A stretch of DNA of 18,199 bases, from the NCBI GenBank assembly GCA_020633555.1, contig JACKDL010000026.1, forward strand, positions 64,001 to 82,199, given 5' to 3'. A model generated the notes under the pieces. It was not told the DNA's origin. It ran no database searches and saw only the letters and a list, made by a program, of their open reading frames with translations. Position 1 is the stretch's first letter. Every line of letters begins with the position of its first letter. Positions 8,885-16,387 of this stretch are shown in pieces. The translations under genes and the position numbers were made by a program. The stretch comes from Myxococcales bacterium (GTDB taxonomy: Bacteria > Myxococcota_A > Bradymonadia > UBA7976 > UBA1532).

Positions 8885-8919
8885 CCTGCGGGTCACGGGA
8901 CGAGAAAGGGCCTTCGCCG

Positions 8920-9783
8920 ATGGCAGGCTTTGACATCAAGCGGTTCCTGGAGCTGGCGGGCGCGGTGAAGACCGACGACCTGGACTGGGACGCCTGCGCC
9001 AAGGCGGGCCTCACCCCGCACGAGGCGCGCATCCTGCGCTACATGGCCGACACCGAGTCGCACACCATCCTGTACATGCGCGACCTGCTGGCCGGGCACA
9101 GCACGCGCGATCCCGCCATCACCGCCTTCCTGTCGGTGTGGGTGTACGAGGAGCTCTGCCACGGCCGCGCCCTGAGCAAGGTGCTGGAGGTGTGCGGCTA
9201 CCCCGAGGCCGAGGATCACTACACGCAGGTGACCACGGGCAGCTCCATGCGCGAGCTGATGGAGGCGGTGCTGAGCCACGGCGCCGCCTACCTGACGCCC
9301 AAGTTCATCGCGGTGCACATGACCTGGGGCGCCATCAACGAGGCGGCGGCGGCGGTGGCCTACCAGCGCCTGGAGAAGCTCACGGCCAACCCCGTGCTGG
9401 CCACGCTGTGCAACCGCATGGCGCGCCAGGAGCGGCGGCACTTCAGCTTCTACTACCACCAGGCCAAGGCCCGCATGGAGGGCGACCGGGTGGCACAGTT
9501 CCTCACCTACACGGCCATCAAGCGCTTCTGGACGCTGGTGGGCTCGGGGGTGGCGGGGGACGACAACCTGGCCTTCGTGGCGGCCCACCTGTTCCCCGAT
9601 GAGGCCTCGCTGGCCATCCTGGACAAGGCCGAGAAGCCCATCCGCGATCTGCCGCGGCTGGACTGGTTCCACGGGGTCACCGAGGGCACCCGGGCCAAGG
9701 CCGCGGAGTGGCGGGCGGCCAACGGCGAGCCCGCAGCCTGGCCCGCGCCGCCCGTCCTGGAGCCCCAGGCGGCCGCCTCGTGA
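8920..9783 (+). CDS. Ferritin-like diiron-carboxylate protein, soluble acyl-ACP desaturase-like (FA_desaturase_2-type) oxygenase or desaturase
   Basis: 287 aa from the ATG at 8920, with a GAAAGGG RBS. The two EXXH motifs WVYEELCHG (compare EENRHG) and ARQERRHFSF (compare DEKRH) sit in helical context. Additional candidate Glu ligands are ADTESH and RELMEAV. No TM segments. The first ~120 codons of track ORF 8560..9783 overlap the upstream lipoprotein gene out of frame and are rejected. Confidence 0.65.
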   Translation: MAGFDIKRFLELAGAVKTDDLDWDACAKAGLTPHEARILRYMADTESHTILYMRDLLAGHSTRDPAITAFLSVWVYEELCHGRALSKVLEVCGYPEAEDHYTQVTTGSSMRELMEAVLSHGAAYLTPKFIAVHMTWGAINEAAAAVAYQRLEKLTANPVLATLCNRMARQERRHFSFYYHQAKARMEGDRVAQFLTYTAIKRFWTLVGSGVAGDDNLAFVAAHLFPDEASLAILDKAEKPIRDLPRLDWFHGVTEGTRAKAAEWRAANGEPAAWPAPPVLEPQAAAS

Positions 9784-10160
9784 TCGCCGGCGAGGTGCCC
9801 GCGGGCCTGAAGCGCTGGTTCGTGGTGCACTTCGTGGCGGACTGGCTGTTCGCCCTGCCGCTGTTCTTCGCCCCGGCCTGGTTCCTGGGTCTGCTGGGCT
9901 GGACGACCGTGGATCCCGCCACCGCCCGGCTGGTGGCGGCGGCGCTGGTGGGCATCGGCACCCAGAGCCTCATCGGCAAGGAGGCGTCGCTGGACGCCTA
10001 CCGGGGGATGCTGAACCTGAAGATCCTGTGGTCGGCGTCGGCCACGGCGGGCCTGGTGTGGTCGGCCTTGGAGGGCGGCCCCGCCATGCTGTGGGGCTTC
10101 GTGGCCGTGTTCGGCGGCTTCAACGCCCTGTGGGTGTACTGGCGGCGCCGGATCGCCTGA
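9780..10160 (+). CDS. Small polytopic membrane protein (about 4 TM), function unknown
   Basis: The GTG at 9780 overlaps the TGA of the diiron gene (GTGA). It encodes 126 aa with 3-4 hydrophobic helices (WFVVHFVADWLFALPLFFAPAWFLGLLGW, LVAAALVGIGTQSLIG, ILWSASATAGLVWSAL, MLWGFVAVFGGFNALWVYW). The alternative ATG at 9708 would overlap the diiron gene by 75 nt. Confidence 0.5.
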   Translation: MIAGEVPAGLKRWFVVHFVADWLFALPLFFAPAWFLGLLGWTTVDPATARLVAAALVGIGTQSLIGKEASLDAYRGMLNLKILWSASATAGLVWSALEGGPAMLWGFVAVFGGFNALWVYWRRRIA

Positions 10161-10226
10161 TCGCGCGGTGCAGCGCGGCGCCTTCCGGGCTGGCCGGCGC
10201 GCGGACGCGGTGCTACCTCTTCGCGT

Positions 10227-11126
10227 ATGAACCGCAACATCGTGATGGTGGGGGCCGGGATCGTCGCCGTGGGCGCGTTCCTGGCCGTCTGGCTGCTGGG
10301 GGGCGAGGCCGAGATGGCCGAGGGCTCCACCCCGCGGACGATCCAGGGGACGGAGGGTGAGGCGGCGCCGCCCGCGCCGCTGCCGGTGCTGGGCAGCTCG
10401 GGACGCCCCGATGACCCGGAGCCGGCGCCTGCGGAAGGGCCCCGGCCGAAGGGCGCCGCCGAGCTGGCGCAGGCGCTGGTGGCGAAGCACAACCGGCCCG
10501 ATGGCTCGCTGCCGATGGATCCCGTGGGCGGCGACGCCGGGGTCCCCGAGGGCTGGGCCGAGGGGGACGCGCTGCCGCCGATCCCGATGATCCGCTTCGT
10601 GGCCGATCGCGAGGGCATCCAGGCCGCGGTGCAGGAGCGCAAGCGCCAGATCCAGGAGTGCTACGACGGCTGGGCGAAGTCGCCCGACGCGCCCGAGGGC
10701 AAGATCGTGGCGCGGTTCACCATCGCGCCCGGCGGGCCGGGCATGCCGGCACAGATCAAGGACGCCGGGCTGACGGCGAGCGGGCTGAACCACCTGGCCA
10801 TGGAGGGCTGCGTGCTCAACGCCCTGGAGGGCTTGGGCTTCGAGTCGCCCGAGGGCGAGGTCACCGTCAACTACCCGTTCACCTTCAAGCGGACGGGGCC
10901 GGCAGCGGCGGCGCCCGGCGGCGATCCGGCCGCGGCCATGCCGGAGCCGGGCGCTGAGCCGCCGCCCCCGCCGGGCGATCTGCCGGCGGCCTTCGAGCCG
11001 CCCCCCACCGACGTGCCGCCCGCCGGGGCGCCCACCGATCCGCCGCCCGCCGAGGATCCGCCGCTGCCCGATGTGCCGCCCTCGACGCTGCCCGCGGGGG
11101 ATCCACCGCCGGTGGACGATCCCTGA
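10227..11126 (+). CDS. Membrane-anchored protein with an AgmX/PglI-type C-terminal domain and a Pro-rich tail
   Basis: An N-terminal TM segment (IVMVGAGIVAVGAFLAVWLLGG) is followed by an acidic/Pro linker. Next comes a ~90-aa domain, IQAAVQERKRQIQECYDGW...GKIVARFTIAPGG...MEGCVLNALEGLGFESPEGEVTVNYPFTFK. It aligns residue-for-residue (CY, CVL, YPFxF) with the C-terminus of the gene at 16388-18199. The tail is a PPxP-rich 80 aa. Confidence 0.7.
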   Translation: MNRNIVMVGAGIVAVGAFLAVWLLGGEAEMAEGSTPRTIQGTEGEAAPPAPLPVLGSSGRPDDPEPAPAEGPRPKGAAELAQALVAKHNRPDGSLPMDPVGGDAGVPEGWAEGDALPPIPMIRFVADREGIQAAVQERKRQIQECYDGWAKSPDAPEGKIVARFTIAPGGPGMPAQIKDAGLTASGLNHLAMEGCVLNALEGLGFESPEGEVTVNYPFTFKRTGPAAAAPGGDPAAAMPEPGAEPPPPPGDLPAAFEPPPTDVPPAGAPTDPPPAEDPPLPDVPPSTLPAGDPPPVDDP

Positions 11127-11184
11127 TCGCCGGCGGGCACTCAGCCTTGCGGGCCCTGCCCCACGGCGTTAGCGTCGCCGCCCG

Positions 11185-11787
11185 ATGAGCCGGCGCTTCG
11201 ACCTGACCCCCACCACCGCGTTCTGGGCCTTCGTGGGCCTGCTGACGGCCTGCGGGCTGTACTTCACCGTCGAGGTGGTCCGCTACCAGAGCGCCCGCCG
11301 GGTGGCCCCCACCCAGGCGCCGCTGCGGGCCGGCGAGCCCATCGAGCTGGTGACGGTCATCGACGGCGACGAGCTGACGGCCCGGCGGGGCGACGAGGCC
11401 TTCGTGCTGCGGTTGCTGGGGGTGAAGTGCCCCATGGGCGACGGCGACGGCGCGCTGGCCGTGCACGGGCGCACCTGCCGCGACGCGCTGAGGGGCGCGC
11501 TGGCGAGCGGCACCCTCACCCTGGACTTCGACGGCGAGACCGGCGGCGTGGATCGCCACGGGCGGGTGCTGGGCTATGTGATGGCCGGGCGGCTGGATGT
11601 GGGGGCGGCCCTGGTGAAGCGCGGCGCGCTGGTGGCCTACACTGCCTACCCCTTCGGGCGTGAGGCCGCCTACCTGGCCGCAGAGGCCGAGGCGCGCGCC
11701 CAGGGCCGCGGCCTGTGGGCCGATCCGCAGGCGGTGGCCCAGGTGGACGCCCTGAAGCTCGCCTGGGCGAGCCAGCGGAGCGAGTGA
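11185..11787 (+). CDS. Membrane-anchored thermonuclease (SNase/micrococcal-nuclease-like) family protein
   Basis: An N-terminal TM segment (FWAFVGLLTACGLYFTVEVV) is followed by an SNase-like domain (VTVIDGDELTARRGDEAFVLRLLGVKCP...LTLDFDG...DRHGRVLGYVM.GRLDVGAALVKRGALVAYTAYPF...AEAEARAQGRGLWA). Some canonical catalytic positions look substituted (DTPE is replaced by KCPM). Confidence 0.6.
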   Translation: MSRRFDLTPTTAFWAFVGLLTACGLYFTVEVVRYQSARRVAPTQAPLRAGEPIELVTVIDGDELTARRGDEAFVLRLLGVKCPMGDGDGALAVHGRTCRDALRGALASGTLTLDFDGETGGVDRHGRVLGYVMAGRLDVGAALVKRGALVAYTAYPFGREAAYLAAEAEARAQGRGLWADPQAVAQVDALKLAWASQRSE

Positions 11788-11788
11788 C

Positions 11789-12850
11789 GTGCGGCGCCTG
11801 CTCCACGCCCTGTGGCTGCGGCTGCAGCACAGCTACGGCACCCAGCTCTTCCGGCTGGCGGTGCTGATCGCCGCCATCCTGTTCTTCAGCTCGTCGGGGC
11901 TGCTGTACTTCGAGATGCACGGGCGCCCCGATCTGAGCTGGGGCGACGCCGTGTGGTGGTCGGTGGTGACCATGACCACCGTGGGCTACGGGGATCTGTT
12001 CCCCGAGACGGTGGCGGGGCGCTACCTCATCGGCTTCCCCACCATGCTGTTCGGGATCAGCATCCTGGGCTACGTGCTGTCGATCACCGCGAGCGTGCTC
12101 ATCGAGGTACGCACCAAGGAGCTGCGGGGCATGAGCGACGTGACCTTCGAGGACCACTTCCTGCTGGTGCACTGGCCGGGGCTGGGCCGAGCCCAGGCGG
12201 TGGTGGGCGAGCTGCGGGGCGATCCGAAGACGGCGCGCACGCCCATCGTGCTCATCGACGACCGGCTCGAGGAGCTGCCCGAGAGCCTCGCCCGGCTGGG
12301 CGTGAGCTTCGTGCGGGGCAACCCCACCAAGCTCGACACCCTGGAGCGAGCCCACTACCAGAAGGCCAAGCAGGCGCTGGTGCTGGCCCGCGACCAGCTC
12401 GATCCGGCGAGCGATCACGCGACGCTGGCGGCGGTGCTGACCATCGAGCAGCTCCGCCCCGAGATCAACACCACGGGCGAGTGCGTGGATCCCGACAACC
12501 TGGAGCTGTTCGCCCGCGCGGGCTGTGACGACATGGTGTGCATCGCCCAGCTCAGCTCGAACCTGCTGGTGCAGGAGGCGCTGGATCCGGGCGTGCAGGG
12601 GCTGCTGCAGGAGATCACCAGCAACACCTACGGGCAGAGGGTGTTCGTGGTGCCCATCCGGGCCATGGGCACCTGGCGCTACCAGGAGCTGCTGGACGCC
12701 TTCAGCGGGGCCGACGTGCTGTGCATCGGCCTGCGCCACGAGGACGGGATGGAGCTGAACCCCGCGCCCGGGGCCCGGGTGCGGCAGGGCGACCGGCTGG
12801 TGTGCATCGCGCGGCAGCGGCCCGCGGAGTACGCCCCGGCGGCGAGCTGA
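11789..12850 (+). CDS. Two-TM potassium channel with a C-terminal RCK (TrkA-N-like) domain, MthK-like
   Basis: The GTG start sits 2 nt after the upstream stop. Two TM helices flank a pore helix with the selectivity filter TTVGYGD. A cytoplasmic Rossmann-like RCK region follows (HFLLVHWPGLGRAQAVV...PIVLIDD...VRGNPT). Confidence 0.85.
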   Translation: MRRLLHALWLRLQHSYGTQLFRLAVLIAAILFFSSSGLLYFEMHGRPDLSWGDAVWWSVVTMTTVGYGDLFPETVAGRYLIGFPTMLFGISILGYVLSITASVLIEVRTKELRGMSDVTFEDHFLLVHWPGLGRAQAVVGELRGDPKTARTPIVLIDDRLEELPESLARLGVSFVRGNPTKLDTLERAHYQKAKQALVLARDQLDPASDHATLAAVLTIEQLRPEINTTGECVDPDNLELFARAGCDDMVCIAQLSSNLLVQEALDPGVQGLLQEITSNTYGQRVFVVPIRAMGTWRYQELLDAFSGADVLCIGLRHEDGMELNPAPGARVRQGDRLVCIARQRPAEYAPAAS

Positions 12851-12854
12851 GCCC

Positions 12855-13088
12855 TCAGCCCGCGAACGGGGGCACGGGCTTGTAGCCGGCGTCCATGGGG
12901 GGCACGGGCTTGTAGCCGGCGTCCATGGGGGGCACGGGCTTGAAGCCGACGACCATGGGGGGCACGGGCTTGTAGCCGGCGTCCATGGGGGGCACGGGCT
13001 TGTAGCTCAGGTCGCTCTGCTGGGGGCCGGTGGCGGCCAGGACCGGCGAGGACAGGGCGAACAGGAACAGCAGGGCGAAGCGCTTCAT
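12855..13088 (-). CDS. Small Sec-secreted peptide made of five tandem YKPVPPMDAG decapeptide repeats
   Basis: 77 aa. MKRFALLFLFALSSPVLA|ATGPQQSDLS, then YKPVPPMDAG, YKPVPPMVVG, FKPVPPMDAG, YKPVPPMDAG, YKPVPPMDAG and YKPVPPFAG. The signal peptide is canonical with an AxA cleavage site. A GGAGG RBS lies 7 nt upstream of the ATG. The stop is 4 nt from the K+ channel stop (convergent). Confidence 0.7.
   Translation of the reverse strand: MKRFALLFLFALSSPVLAATGPQQSDLSYKPVPPMDAGYKPVPPMVVGFKPVPPMDAGYKPVPPMDAGYKPVPPFAG
12868..13007. repeat. Direct tandem array of ~4.5 copies of a 30-bp unit (ggcacgggcttgtagccggcgtccatgggg). It encodes the decapeptide repeats.
   Basis: The units start at 12871, 12901, 12931, 12961 and 12991. 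Copies 1, 2 and 4 are identical. Copy 3 has 4 substitutions. Copy 5 diverges after 16 nt. Confidence 0.9.
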
Positions 13089-13199
13089 GGGAGCCTCCAG
13101 GGTCAGGGTTCGCTCCCTCTTCCTGGAGCGCGTCGTCCTCCCTTTTGGCTCCAGACACTTTTCCCGGTCAGCCTGCGGATCGCAGCCCCGAGCCGCTGC
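13089..13199 (-). promoter_or_regulatory. Intergenic leader between the GNAT gene and the repeat-peptide gene, carrying nested inverted repeats. It may act as terminator, promoter or 5'-UTR structure.
   Basis: On the minus strand it reads ctggagc-N18-gctccagg-N20-cctggagg. The second stem includes the RBS. The segment is relatively AT-richer (cttttggctccagacacttttccc). There is no U-tract, so it is not a classic intrinsic terminator. Confidence 0.3.
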
Positions 13200-13735
13200 T
13201 CAGGAGAGGATCTCGGGCGGGGGCGGCGGGCGCTCGAAGCCGCGGCGCTGACAGCGGAACAAGAGGCGGTCGGCCCGGGGCGGGGCGGCGGGGGCGTCCA
13301 CGCCGGTGGCCACCTGCTCGAAGCCGAAGCTGCGGTGCAGCGCGATGCTGGGGCGGTTGGCCGCGGTGGTGGTGTACAGCACCGTGTCGGTGCGCTTGTC
13401 CAGCCACTCCAGGCGGCGCTTCGTGAGGGCGCGGCCGATGCCCAGCCGTCGCCAGCCCTCGGCCACGCGCACGCCCTGCAGGTACCAGCCCGTGGGGATG
13501 CGATCGGGGCCGCTGAAGGGGCGCTCGATCCAGCTCGCCCGGGCCACGGCCACCACGCCCTCGGCCACCTCGGCCAGCACCAGGAAGGTCTGGTCCGCCG
13601 GCACGCGCACGGCGAAGTCATGGGCCAGCCGGTCGGCCGTGGCCTGCGGCTCGCTGCCGGGCGGGGTCTGGAACTCCAGCATGGCCGGGATGTCGGCGGC
13701 GGTGGCCAGCCGGACCCGGTAGCTGCCGCCATCGC

Positions 13736-13739
<4 letters not shown>
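13200..13739 (-). CDS. GNAT-family N-acetyltransferase
   Basis: The GTG at 13737-13739 overlaps the upstream TGA (GTGA). It encodes 179 aa. LATAADIPAMLEF is followed by motif-A-like WRRLGIGRALTKRRLEWL and a C-terminal NRPSIALHRSFGFEQV. It is the in-frame C-terminal portion of track ORF 13200..14738, whose N-terminal 330 aa are an out-of-frame artefact across the hydrolase gene. Confidence 0.8.
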
Positions 13740-15075
<1,336 letters not shown>

Positions 15076-15076
<1 letters not shown>

Positions 15077-16356
15077 CACTCGCCGACCACGGTCCGTGTG
15101 ACGTCGTCGCCCCCGAAGTCGCTGGCCGGATCCAGCAGAGCGGCGTCGGTGTCGTCACCCAGCACGTGCCGCTTCAGGAAGGCCATGGCCAGGCCATTGA
15201 TGATGGGGTAGGCCTCGGCCACCGGCAGGAAGTCGGGGCCGCAGCCGTCGTTGGCGGCCACCTCGACGGGCAGGTCGCAGGCGTTGCTGAAGCTGAAGTG
15301 GCCCGCGTTGGGGAAGTCAACCCGCAGGCTGTCGGGCTGGGTGATGCCCGCCCACAGGGGGTCGCCCTCGGCGGCGTTGGGCAGGGTGGCGTCGCGGCCG
15401 GCGGTCATCATCAGCGTGGGCGTCTGCACCCCCGCCAGGCCGGGCTCGCCCCCGAACAGCGTGTTGCCGGCGGGGGTCATGGGGATCAGCGCCTGGAAGC
15501 GGTCGTCGGCGAAGCCCGCGCGGAAGCGGTCGGCCGCCCGCACGGTGAAGGCGCAGGCCTCCTCCTGGCCCGCGGGCGGGGCCTCGCAGGCGGCGAGCAG
15601 GGCGTCGACGGCATAGCCGGCGCCTCCCACTGCAAGCGTGGTGTAGCCACCGAAGCTGTGGCCGGCCAGCGCGCGCAGGCTGGGGTGGACCCGCCCGGCC
15701 AGCGGGTGATCGGCCGGCAGGGCGTCCACGTAGTCGGCCACCGCGTGGATGTCGGTGGGCCGCAGCTCGAACAGGCGCCAGAAGTCGGCTGAGCTGTCGG
15801 TGAAGGTGTTGCCGGTGTGATCGGGCGCCACCACCACCCAGCCGTGGCTGGCCAGGAACTCGGTGAAGAAGTAGCTCTGCTCGCCGAAGCCCCCGTTGCC
15901 GTGGCTGAACACCAGCACCGGCGCGTCGGCCAGATCGGCCAGGGGCGGGGCGCCGCCGAACACCTCGGGGCGTAGCAGCAGGTTGCCGTAGCGCACCCGC
16001 TCGCCCTCGCTGGCGGCCGTGGGGTACCACCAATGCAGGTCGAGCGGGCGCGGGGCCTCGAGCTCGGGCGCCGCGTACTCGATGGTCTCGACGTGGAAGC
16101 CGACGGCGAAGGGCCCCGGCTCGCCGGGGGCGGGCGGGTCCATGTCCGGGGGGGCCATGTCGGGCGCCATGTCGGCCGGGGCCATGTCGGCCAGGGCCAT
16201 GTCGCCCGCGCCCTGATCGGCCACCGCCTGATCGGCGCCGGCGTCCGCGGTGACGGCCCCGTCGGCGCCCTGCTGGGCGGGCGCGGGATCGCCGTCGTCG
16301 CAGCCGACGGTCAGCGTGAGGGCGAGCAGGGCGAGGGCAGAGCGGGTTCGGAGCAC
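15076..16356 (-). CDS. Secreted alpha/beta-hydrolase lipoprotein, PAF-acetylhydrolase-like, paralog 2
   Basis: The GTG at 16354-16356 has GAGG 5 nt upstream. N-terminus MLRTRSALALLALTLTVGCDD. A DMAP-repeat acidic linker follows. Then WWYPT, VLVFSHGNGGFGEQSYFFTEFLASHGWVVVAPDHTG and GHSFGG. About 45% identity to paralog 1 over the catalytic domain. The track ATG at 16440 would overlap the upstream gene by 53 nt and adds a non-signal-like N-terminus, so it is rejected. Confidence 0.8.
16138..16240. repeat. Short imperfect tandem repeats (units gccatgtcgg and cctgatcggc) encoding the DMAP/ADQ acidic linker of hydrolase paralog 2
   Basis: gccatgtcgggc, gccatgtcggccgg, ggccatgtcggccag and ggccatgtcgccc are followed by ccctgatcggccaccgcctgatcggc. 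The analogous ggcgtcgggctc x2.5 repeat at 14848-14884 encodes the DAEP linker of paralog 1. Confidence 0.6.
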
Positions 16357-16387
16357 GGGGACCTCGGGGCGCTTGGATCGGGCCGGC

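Noticed and set aside
8560-8919. Upstream 120 codons of ORF 8560..9783
   Set aside because: It overlaps the lipoprotein gene out of frame (Arg/Gly-rich). The real diiron gene starts at ATG 8920 with a GAAAGGG RBS.
9507-10793. 428-aa minus-strand ORF
   Set aside because: It is antisense to the diiron, small-membrane-protein and AgmX-domain genes, with a low-complexity Arg/Pro/Gly composition.
11516-12739. 407-aa minus-strand ORF
   Set aside because: It is antisense to the K+ channel gene, which is confirmed by the TTVGYGD filter and RCK domain. The ORF has low-complexity composition.
12868-13007. Possible CRISPR array because of 30-bp direct repeats
   Set aside because: The repeats are strictly contiguous with no spacers. 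They lie inside a signal-peptide-bearing ORF and encode a decapeptide repeat. No cas genes are present.
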